From Macrostomum hystrix (lineage: Eukaryota > Animalia > Platyhelminthes), in contig CATNEN010000033.1 of NCBI GenBank assembly GCA_950097015.1, positions 4,340,001 to 4,404,000 on the forward strand: a stretch of DNA of 64,000 nt. Direction: 5' to 3'. The position numbers and the translations under genes were made by a program. Under the pieces are notes generated by a model. That model was given only the letters and a program-made list of their open reading frames with translations, was not told the origin of the DNA and searched no databases. Shown here piece by piece: positions 24,941 through 44,050 of this stretch (the stretch's first letter is position 1; every line of letters begins with the position of its first letter).

Positions 24941-25739
24941 CTTCTTTCAACAGATTTCTGCCCAAACAGATTGCACTCAGTAGCACATATTTGAATCTGT
25001 TTCAGTCGTTCAATTTTCGTGGTCATTTTTTTATGAAAGGCATTAAACTTTACTGGTTTTGTCGTTCAATATTTTCACATTCGGAAAAAGTCGCGTAGAG
25101 TAATTTTCCTTCTCAACAGGTTTATTTTCATAAGAAACGATAAACGGTATTTTTAGTTATAAACACACCATAGATCCATAGATACTACTACTGCTATCAA
25201 ACGCACAGTAGTAAGAAAAGAAAAAAATTAGTAGAGCTTGCAGTACAACAGAAAAGAGAGTATTTTAGTAGTGCACTTTTTAGGGACAAAAAAATTTTTT
25301 ATAGCCTATTTTCAAGATTCTGTGTAAAAGTTTGAATACAGAAAATAAAAAAATTCCAACCTTTGAAACAAATACTGGCCAATCAACAGTGCTTTTAGGG
25401 CTTCATTTGCCCGAAGACTGTATAAAATGTACAAGCGAATAAATTAACCAGAAAAAAAGTGTTTAAAACTCTTTGACAAAAAGGACACGTCATGCAGACA
25501 CAGAAATCAGTGCATACAATAATATAATGACTGACTTTGCTGCAACACTTGTGCAAGGAGTGATATACATTTGCAAGGACTCCAAAATGTACTTATAAAA
25601 GCGACAAAGCTTAGAGAGGACAAAAATTAAAATGTGCTTTAAATGTGCAGTCCTCGGCAATGACTCAAATGTAAAAAATATTCATGCACGACAAAACAGA
25701 CGCATCAGCGGCAGCAGCAACAGTCTAAGGTAGCAAAAT

Positions 25740-33785
<8,046 letters not shown>

Positions 33786-35746
33786 TGAAATGTATTTTGA
33801 CGAAAATGATGTCAATTAAAAGTTTCGCTGGAAAGCATGTTGAATTAGTATAATTTACAATAGCATTCTTAGAATGTTTATTTTCTCGAACACCTTTGTA
33901 TAAAAAAGTACAAAGCGAGTATTATAGAATAATAAAGCTGCTAAAATGTGGTTTAACTCATAGAGTTAATCCTGAATACAACAATTTTGTTTTAATATAC
34001 AACCCGTTAAATCAACGTTAACACTTTGAATCGACAGTTTTCCGTAAGCCGACTGTCAAATGAATTCTCTGGTTCTATATATATTGAAATGAAATTTTGC
34101 GCTGATTTCGAAACTCATTCACACATCAGCTGATTTTGATTGTTACGACGGATTTGGAAGTTTTGTCCTTAATTAACTATTGTACGCATTTTAATTTTTT
34201 AACATATTACCATCATATTTGTGCATTGAGAACAATGCAAAGGAACAATGCAACCTTGGGTTTCATTGTTCTATCCATGTATTTTTACACGATTTTTTGT
34301 GCTTAATTCAATATCAAGACCATCAGGATCTCGCAAACGCACTAAAACATGATTAGCAAAAAATATTATTACGATGCCTTAGTAGTGATTAGGTTGATAT
34401 AAACATATCAAAATGGAGCATAGAAGAAAAGGGAGTGAATTCCATGCATAATCATAGTCTGCAGCCTAGCTATGGCTAGGCGCCGATAGCTGGAACCAAG
34501 ATTTACCTGAAATGATTTCCAACCTAGAAGCGCTTACTTCAACTCCCGATGGTTCACGTTTTAAGCAGCGCACCAACAAGCAGCATGAGTACAGAGTAAA
34601 CATTCTTGTTTAGGTTTTAGAGAACTCGAAATCTGATAAGTAGAAGAGTGACTGGCGGGCCATCTAGCGCCGGCAGCACTGGGCAGCCCCATACTTTAGT
34701 CGTTTTAACTACAATTAGTGGTGCTCCCTAAATTTAACTTTTACTTTGAATTATTTCCATGCTTCTCTTGTTTTATTTATTTATTTATTAAGAGCTCATC
34801 CGATGCAAAAATTAATTTACTGATAGTTTTTTATTACTTGGCTTTTAATAGTGTTTAAAGGACCAGACAGGTGAGCTGAGCCGTAATCAGGTACAGCTTG
34901 CTTTTTGGTTAATTAGTCATGCTTTAAAAGGTATTGAATGACTAATTCATTGAGCTCACTTAATTGTGGACCAGTGAGACAGATACCCAGACAATTAGGC
35001 AGACTCAGACGGACTCAGGTCTGCTTTGAATAAGTAATTTTTTAATTTAAAAGCCATGCACCCACCCCACATGGAAATCGAACGCCTGAGCGGAGCTGAT
35101 TTTGTAGGCTGAGGGGAGAGCTTGGCATTTTGAGACCTTAGGATGGCTGAGATGGCTGATGCCCTGCCCTACTGAACATTCGCAATGTACTGCAGGCCAG
35201 CCTACCCTAACCCCACCCTGCTCCACAGTACTACTGGTCGGTGAAGTACTTTAAAGTACAGTTGCAGCAACCCTAAGGCCTCCGAACCTCCTACCCTCCC
35301 CCCAGAATGGGAATGGCAGCAGAAGCCCACGCAGACACGAAAATCCCCCGCTTGTTCTATCCCCCCAATCCTCCCGGTCTCTCTCCCTCTGCTCACCGCT
35401 GAGTTGCCGGCATCAGACACTATTTTATTCCCCTACTCCCTCCGCCTCTCGCCTCATCCGCAGCCTCCCTCGTGGTCGCCAGATAACTGCAACAGCCGCG
35501 CTGCGACAATAAATTGTAGCCGCTTTGCAGACTACAGGAAGCTGCTGCTACAGCCAGGAAAAAACACAGGAGAGGAGGGGCTACTCTGATCTGCGCGCCG
35601 CCGCCTCCGAGCTGCTCAAAACTCATCCTCAAAAGGCTAGAGAAATTGCAGCGAAAAGGGCGACACAGAAACTGAGAGAGACAACTCGCTAACTCTGTGA
35701 AGCAGAGCTATTCGGGCGCTTATAAATACTGAAAGCAGAACTCAAA

Positions 35747-38700
35747 ATGGCGACCGATGTAGGAATTTTTAATCTTTACTTTTTCATTTCTAAAATTGAA
35801 TTAATTTTTTTATCCTTAAACGAACTTGTACATAATGTGCGCATCGTTCATGTCGCTTTCAGCCTCTCAAAGTCGAAGACGATTGCGACATGGCCACGAC
35901 CCTCGAGGAGCCGTTCAGTGAGTTTCCCGGCTCATTGCTGCACTGTAAAATTTTAACTTTGAATTATGAAAAAATATTAAACTGTTCTTTTATAGTACGA
36001 CTGCAGACAAGTGGGGGATGACACTCCAAATAGCGCATTAAATTTATGACATGTAACAAATGGCTATTATGGCCCATAATCTCTGGACGGGAGCCAGAAA
36101 TGACAAGCGGCGTTCTGATGTGGGTCCACGCGCTTTTATCGGCGTTCAGCAGTGCGGTAGGACAGGAATAAATTAAAATTACCAGACGCCGCACATAAAC
36201 ATAATACTACCGACCATATACCAATCCATCGATCCACCCATCCATCCATCCCCCCATCCATCCATTTACCCATCCATCCATCCACCCATCCATCCATCCA
36301 CCCATCCATCCATCCATCCATCCATCCATCCACCCACCCACCCATCCATCCATCCACCCATCCATCCATCCACCCATCCATCCATCCATCCATCCATCCA
36401 TCCACCCACCCATCCATCCATCCATCCACCCATCCATCCATTTACCCATCCATCCATTTACCCATCCATCCATCCACCCATCCATCCATCCACCCATCCA
36501 TCCATCCATCCATCCATCCATCCATCCACCCACCCATCCATCCATCCACCCATCCATCCATCCACCCATCCATCCATCCATCCATCCATCCATCCACCCA
36601 CCCATCCATCCATCCATCCACCCATCCATCCATTTACCCATCCATCCATTTACCCATCCATCCATCCACCCATCCATCCATTTACACACCCATCCACCCA
36701 TCCATCCATCCATCCATCCACCCATCCATCCATCCATCCATCCATCCATCCATCCACCCACCCATCCATCCATCCATCCACCCATCCATCCATCCATCCA
36801 TCCATCCACCCATCCATCCATTTACACGTCCATCCACCCATCCATCCATCCATCCATTTACCCATCCATCCATCCACCCATCCATCCATTTACCCATTCA
36901 TCCATCTATCCATACATCCATCCATCCACGCATCAATCCACCTATCCATCCACCCATCCATCCATCCATCCATCCATCCATCCATCCATCCACCCATCCA
37001 TCCATCCACCCATCCATCCATCCATCCATCCATCCATCCATCCATCCATCCACCCATCCATCCATCCACCCATCCATCCATCCATCCATCCATCCATCCA
37101 TCCATCCATCCACCCATCCATCCATCCACCCATCCATCCATCCATCCATCCATCCATCCATCCATCCATCCATCCGTCCGTGCACCGCAGTGTCCAAGGG
37201 TGAGTTGGCCCTACACGAGGCGGCCCGCACGGGCAAGGAGGCCCGCCTGGAGGAGCTGCTGAAGATCGTGAAGGTGGACTGCCGCAACAACCTGGACCGG
37301 ACGGCGCTGCACATGGCAGCCAGCAAGGGCCAGTCCGGAGCTGTTCGAGTCCTGCTTGAGTACAGGGCGGGCATTGAGCTGGCTGACAAGTACGGCATGA
37401 CCGCGCTCATGTGGGCAACGTACTTTGGCCACATTGAAGTGGTGGAAATGCTGCTAGAGCGGTCAGCAAATATTAAGAAGAGGAACAAGGTGAGTTTGAG
37501 CATGGATTGTCTGCCAATGTTGAGCATAGAAATCGGATTCCTGTACTGCTGAGGCTGACAAAGAATTTTTTTCCATCCAGCTTGGCATGCACGTGCTGCA
37601 CATTGCTGCAGACCAGAACAACTGCGAACTTGTGCGCCTGTACCTTACCAAGACCAAGAAGACCATCTTGAATGACACTGAGAAGGTGGGCAGAAATGCA
37701 CTGGCTCTGAGTTCGCTTGATAATAGCTAACTCAACTTGCCGCTCATTCTTGAACTCATGCGTTATGAGGTCATTTTACTGCTCCGAAATTGCAGAATGG
37801 ACAAACCGCCCTCATGATCGCGGCCAGCAAAGGCAATCTTGAGGTGGTGCAGCTGCTGATGAGCTACCCGGAAGTGGATCTGATGGTTAAGGATGCGGTC
37901 AGTTTTTTCGCCTTCTTGATTTGACGCGTGAGGGCAGGGAGTGAGGTGGGGCATGGAGTGAGGTGGGGATGGAGTGAGGTGGGGATAGGAGTGAGGTGGG
38001 GATGGGAGTGCGGTGGGGATGGGAGTGAGGTGGGGATGGGAGTGCGGTGGGGATGGGAGTGAGGTGGGGATGGGAGTGCGGTGGGGATGGGAGTGCGGTG
38101 GGGATACGGTTTAAACGGGCTGTCATAGAAGACTGCTTAATGGTCATAAGCAATTCATCTTTAGAAGAAGATGACAGCACTGCATCTCGCCGCCGAGAAC
38201 GGCTGCGCTAAGGTGCTGGACGAGCTGCTGCGAGATGTGCACAAGCTGCGAGACCTGGTCAATGAGAAGGACGACAGCGAGAGAATCCCGCTGCATTACG
38301 CAGTTGAGAAGGGTCACATCGGGGCGATCAGGTGCCTGCTAACCCATGGTAGCGAGGTCAACGCCACTGCCGAGGTATGTCCTTGAAACAGCAAGCTATA
38401 GTTTAGTTCTCAAACGCAGTCTTATTCTAAACTAATAAAAAACTACAGCGCGAAATGACTGCGTTTCACCTGGCCGCAGTGAAGGGTCATATTGACGTGC
38501 TAAAGTACTTAAAGGAGCACGGAGCTAATGTGAACGCACTTAATATAGTGAGTAAAGTTAAATAATTTCGAAATTTTGAAATGACTGACCAGTGTGCTGA
38601 TTCACTGTATCAAGTCACAAATTTACATCCCTCACTCCATCATTCCCTTCCCCTCCTTACTCTCTTCGCCTCCACACTCTCTCACCCTCCTAACTTCCTG

Positions 38701-41700
38701 CCACTCCTCACTCCCTGTCCCTTCTCACTCCCTACCCCTCCTCACTCCCTGCCCCTCCTTACTCCCTGCCCCTCCTTACTCCCTGCCCTCCTCACTCCAT
38801 GCCCCTCCTCACTCCCTGCCCCTCCTTACTCCATGCCCCTCCTCACTCCCTGCCCCTTCTCACTCCCTGCCCCTCCTCACTCCCTGCCTCTCCTCACTCC
38901 CTGTCCCTTCTCACTCCCTGTCCCTTCTCACTCCCTACCCCTCCTCACTCCCTGCCCCTCCTTACTCCATGCCCCTCCTCACTCCCTGCCCCTCCTTACT
39001 CCATGCCCCTCCTCACTCCCTGCCCCTTCTCACTCCCTGCCCCTCCTCACTCCCTGCCTCTCCTCACTCCCTGCCCATCCCCACTCCCTGCCGCTGGCTC
39101 ACTGAGCGGGTTTAGAAATTCCAGCTTGCTAGTTGGTCACGTGGTATACACTTTCTATTTGCAGACCCACAGCACGGCTCTGCATTACGCTGCCCTGAAT
39201 GACAATGCAGTGGAAATTTACACTCTGGTGAATCTGGGCTGCGAGACGTCGTTGCCAAACAATGTAAATTTCCGGGAAATTTCTGAACTGTCTTTTTCTG
39301 GCCTATTTTTTTCAGCGGCACATTTTCATTGAGACCCTGTTAGCGAATTCCTAGCTTCCTAATTTTGCAGCGAAACCAGACACCGTTGCACCTAGCGGTG
39401 GAGCAGAACAAGCCAAACGCGGCCGAGGCCCTGCTGCTATGCGATGCGCCAATCAATGTTAGGGACAAGGTGAGCTGGGTGTGGCAACACCTGACTCTGT
39501 CTACATGTGCTGCACAACTGTAGCTTGGTTATGAAGGGGGCTAATGAGAACTTTATACAGATCGGATTTATTTAATGAAGTGCCAAGAAAATCCTTGAAG
39601 TTAATTGACTGAGCTAAGGTAGCTACTAATGGCATAAAAACTGGAATTTTCGAAGTGAAAAATCTACCATTCTTTAGTTATTGCAATTAAAATGTATCAG
39701 CCAATGGGGCGAAAGCGATCTACAAAAATCTAAAAAATCTACTTGTGGCTCTGCTTGTGCCATTCGACAGAACCAGAATTAAAGTCTAACGACCTTGCAT
39801 GGCTGACCTCGTGAGAGGCTTCCATCCACCCCAAAGATCGAACCAGCCAATCAGTAGCAAGTGACCTTGAAAGATTTTCCATCACGGGTTAATGCGATTT
39901 TCAGACTGGGAAAACTCCACTGATCCTGGCCACACGCGGCAGCTACATCAGCATGGTGGACATGATCATCAAGGCCGAGCGCTACCGCGAGCGGAAAAAG
40001 GTTCGGAAACTGAAGGCCAAAGCTTCGTTCACTGAGTTTGCTGCAGATTTTTGCATGTTTCTCAATTTTTCACAGCCAACGGTAGGTCTGTAGGTCTGTA
40101 GGTCTGTAGGTTCTGTGTGCTAGTAGCTTATCCGTTTTTATACTTCCGATATTGACTGGCCTATCTAAACGGTTAGCCATGTATCACCTCCATTCGCATC
40201 TTAACTAATTTAAGACGTACCAATTGAATAATACATTTTTTGTAGAGCAGAATCGATTTGCTAATTAAGCTGAAAAATGGCAAGTCGGTAAGTGCAACTC
40301 GAATAATGCGGATAGCTGTCGGTTCTGGGTTCTCTACTATAGTTTGCATGACTACATGCATTTTAGTCAGCTAGTCAGCTATCGTTAACTGCACGCCTAT
40401 TTTGTAGCTAGTAAATTACACTCATGCCATATCATTTGTACTTAGCCGAGGTGTTCATTTTGTCTATCACTGATCACCGCATCAAGTTGCATTGTTGAGA
40501 GTATCTGAGAGCGAATAGTTAAGTTAGAAACTAAAATTTTACCATATACTTGACTGTCTTACACATTTGTATATGGTTCTATATGGTTCAGTTGCCTTGA
40601 TTAGAAATGTACTTAAGGTTTAGCGGTTCGCCGGTAATAGGTCTAGAACAATATGTTTATCCTGCTTGAATAAACAAGTCATATGTGCTCATTTAGCTAT
40701 TCGAGTGCGCTGAAAAAGCATTGCTGACAGACAATTCCGCTTTGTAATTATTTCGGAAAATATTTTATGGTAAAAGCAATTCAATATTCACACCAGACTA
40801 CTTGCTTATTGTAGTTAGTAGCAAGTAGAAATTATACACGAGGTGTGATGCAGGGTTGTGGAGTGATACAGGGTTGTGAAATGAGACATTGAGATGCAGG
40901 GTTGTGAAATGAGACATTGAGATGCAGGGTTGTGAAATGAGGCATTGAGATGCAGGGTTGTGAAATGAGACATTGAGATGCAGGGTTGTGAAATGAGGCA
41001 TTGAGATGCAGGGTTGTGAAATGAGACATTGAGATGCAGGGTTGTGAAATGAGGCAGTGTGATGCAGGGTTGTGGAGTGATGCAGTGTGATGCAGGGTTG
41101 TGGAGTGAGGCAGTGTGATGCAGGGTTGTGGAGTGATGCAGTGTGATGCAGGGTTGTGGAGTGATGCAGTGTGATGCAGGGTTGTGAAGTGAGGCAGTGT
41201 GATGCAGGGTTGTGGAGTGATGCAGGTCATTAAACTGGCAGGTCCACATCGGTACAAATGCAAATTTCAGCGCCAGCAGTCGGCCAGCCAGCCCACGGCT
41301 CTCGTGGATCAGCTAGATTCGGCTGGGGCTGTGTACAAACCTGCCGACTACGAGAACCGAATCAACATCAACGAGCCGACTGAGGAGGAGCTGGAGCAGG
41401 AGATCTCCATAGATGAAGCCAAACGGAACGGCTGCGTGCCGACCTACCGGCTGCGCGAGTTTCAGCAGCCATACGCCGAAGAGTTCAAGCAGTACCTGTG
41501 GAAAATGGCCTTCAAGCACCTGAGACAGAATGAATGGAAGAAGCTGGCCGCATTTTGGCAGTTCAAGTCGGAGCATGTGGAGGCCATCGAGCACCAGTAC
41601 ACAGGTAGGCCTGCGTTTTTATTTGGATCTTGGGGGTTTATATTTTTCTCTGCAGGTATCGGAGTGGGTTGGATGCAATGCTGTGTTAAAGTGGGGTGGG

Positions 41701-42913
41701 TGTGATGTTGTGCCGGAGTGGGGTGGGTGTGATTTTGTGTCGAAGTGGGGTGGGTGTGATGTTGTGTCGGAGTGGGGTGGGTGTGATGTTGTGTCGGAGT
41801 GGGGTGGGTGTGATGTTGTGTCGAAGTGGGGTGGGTGTTATGTTGTGTCGGAGTGGGGTGGGTGTGATTTTGTGTTGGAGTGGGGTGGGTATGATTTTGT
41901 GTCGAAGTGGGGTGGGTGTGATGTTGTGTTGGAGTGGGGTGGGTGTGATGTTGTGTTGGAGTGGGGTAGGTGTGATGTTGTGACGGAGTGGGGTGGGTAT
42001 GATGTTGTGTCGGAGTGGGGTGGGTATGATGTTGTGTCGAAGTGGGGTGGGTGTGATGTTGTGTCGGAGTGGGGTGAGTGTGATGTTGTGTCGGAGTGGG
42101 GTGGGTGTGATTTTGTGTCGAGTGGGGTAGGTGTGATGTTGTGTTGGAGTGGGGTGGGTATGATGTTGTGTCGAAGTGGGGTGGGTTTGATGTTGTGTCG
42201 GAGTGGGGTGGGTGTGATTTTGTGTCGGAGTGGGGTAGGTGTGATGTTGTGTCGGAGTGGGGTGGGTGTGATGTTGTGTCGGAGTGGGGTGGGTGTGATG
42301 TTGTGTCGAAGTGGGGTGGGTGTGATGTTGTGTCGGAGTGGGGTGGGTGTGATTTTGTTTTGGAGTGGGCTAGGTGTGATGTTGTGTTGGAGTGGGGTGG
42401 GTATGATGTTGTGTTGGAGTGGGGTGGGTGTGATGTTGTGTTGGAGTGGGGTGGGTGTGATGTTGTGTCGGAGAGGGGTGGGTGTGATGTTGTGTCGGAG
42501 TGGGGTGGGTGTGATGTTGTGTCGGAGTGGGGTGGGTGTGATGTTGTGTCGGAGTGGGGTGGGTGTGATGTTGTATCGGAATGGGGTTGGTGTGATACGG
42601 TGTCAAAATGGAGTGTGTGTCCTCTGAAACACTGCCCCCAATAATATAATTAAACTGAATTGTATCCTCTTTCCGACCCTGTCCAGATGAGAACAGCTAC
42701 AAGCAGCACGGCTACCGAGTCCTGTGCATCTGGTTCCATGGCGTCGACAAGCAGGACACACCGATCCGCGAACTCTACGAAGCCCTGGCCAGCATTGGCA
42801 GGCGGCCCCTGGCCGAAAAGGTTCGCCGTCAGCTGGACCGAAGCGCCGTTCAGGCCTATCCTGGAGCGACGCGAGGCGGTCCCCACGATGGCCGGCGGTG
42901 CTATTTGCAGTGA
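35747..42913 (+). CDS. ANKDD1A: Ankyrin repeat and death domain-containing protein (ANKDD1-like), 12 exons
   Basis: Exons 35747-35758, 35863-35917, 37191-37489, 37581-37685, 37796-37897, 38165-38374, 38449-38547, 39165-39263, 39371-39469, 39905-40000, 41271-41604, 42687-42913. They encode tandem ankyrin repeats (TALH/TPLH, several 99-nt exons), then [11 protein letters not shown], then a death domain ([11 protein letters not shown]...AIEHQYTG...IWFHG). The two small first exons are less certain. Confidence 0.87.
36222..37180. repeat. (CATC)n microsatellite with variant tetramers and higher-order periods
   Basis: CATC/CACC/TTTACC mosaic, with 192-bp and 60-bp repeats of the variant pattern visible. 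Confidence 0.95.
37930..38105. repeat. 17-bp G-rich repeat
   Basis: GGGAGTGAGGTGGGGAT. Confidence 0.88.
38630..39090. repeat. 17-bp C-rich repeat (inverted relative of 37930-38105)
   Basis: CTCCTCACTCCCTGCCC. Confidence 0.9.
40840..41225. repeat. 28-bp tandem repeat in two sub-arrays
   Basis: GAGATGCAGGGTTGTGAAATGAGACATT, then GTGTGATGCAGGGTTGTGGAGTGATGCA. Confidence 0.9.
41690..42600. repeat. 27-bp GT-rich minisatellite, ~34 copies
   Basis: GAGTGGGGTGGGTGTGATGTTGTGTCG. Confidence 0.93.
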
Positions 42914-42963
42914 ATCGTTTCTCATCTAGGACCGTGTTCGAACCCCTGGTCGCTCGCATCCTT

Positions 42964-43205
42964 ATTGGCTGATGGTCTACACTATTCGGCGATGAGTGAA
43001 ATATTCGCCAACCTCAGGACCTGTTAGTTCTTGTTTCCTCATTGGCTGAGAGGTTTTAGCCAATAAGCAGCTAGTCTTATATATTGATTTAATAATTTCA
43101 TTCTTGATTCTCTCGACTTCTAATTGGCTAACTGAAGCTCACTTGTGTCGTCTATCTTTCTCAATCACTTTTACTATTTTCTAATTGGCTAATGACAAGA
43201 CCAAT
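42964..43205. promoter_or_regulatory. Cluster of six CCAAT/ATTGG boxes
   Basis: ATTGG at 42964, 43041, 43123, 43184 (each ATTGGCT) and CCAAT at 43060, 43201. Confidence 0.35.
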
Positions 43206-44050
43206 CAGCGTCGATTGAGAAGAGCCTGTCTAACGCCATCGTCAAACTGTTTAATGTGAGGCCTGCAGTGCTGCGTCAGTCTTCCAGGTGAAACACTTTC
43301 CTTAGTTTTAATTTTTAACTTTGATAAGCGATTGAAAATATATTACATTTTTTCAAATAATCTAATTTGACAAAGCTGTTTAATTACTGAACTGAGACCA
43401 AAATTAGTACAATGCTTACTCACTTTGCCAGATATTCTAGTCAAGCCGCAGGCATAATTGCTGCTTTTCTGATTGCTATTGTGACGCGCAGCCAGTATTT
43501 GCCTAAAAGTCTTGCTGCACGGAGAAATTTTATAAGCGACGCTTTGCTAAGAAATTCAGTTTTTAAACACCGCCATGCAAAATAAAACATTGCTTATGCA
43601 ACACTAATAATTAAGTACAAGCGTGTTTTTATTAAACTGATCATTTTTGTAACACTTTTAAATTTGTAGGCAAGCAACATGTAAAATTATACACTTTTAA
43701 TAATTGCATACGGGTGGTATTAGAAGCAATAAATATATTACGCCACGGAATGTACACTATTAAATTTTGTGTAATGCAAAAAAGTGACTTTTTTGGTTCT
43801 AGGCTCTGTAATCAGAATGAAATCCTTGACATCTAATACATATTACCGAACAGAAATTTACGCAAGCAAGGCGCGAAAAGTACAAATTTTACACTAAAAA
43901 TAGACAGGACGTCACTGGCATGACGTCATGCTTTCTAAAAATAGCAACAACACCGAAGAGTTATCGGAAAGATTAGTTTTGATTGTCAGCGAACCGCTTT
44001 GCTTATCTACAAAGGAAAAAGAGCAAAGCCAGCTTCTACTTTGGCGATCT

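Noticed and set aside
24105-24983. 292-aa ADHLVASNP repeat ORF after the channel stop
   Set aside because: It is a 30-bp tandem repeat with a GTG start and no splice link. Readthrough of TAA 24090 meets another stop within 14 codons.
34653-34672. CTCF-like motif GCCATCTAGCGCC
   Set aside because: A single short match. CTCF is reported absent from flatworms and there is no other support.
36136-37169. MDGW-repeat ORFs
   Set aside because: Translations of the (CATC)n microsatellite in an ANKDD1 intron.
40798-42644. Repeat ORFs ([22 protein letters not shown])
   Set aside because: Translations of the 28-bp and 27-bp intronic arrays. Only 41271-41604 is a real exon.
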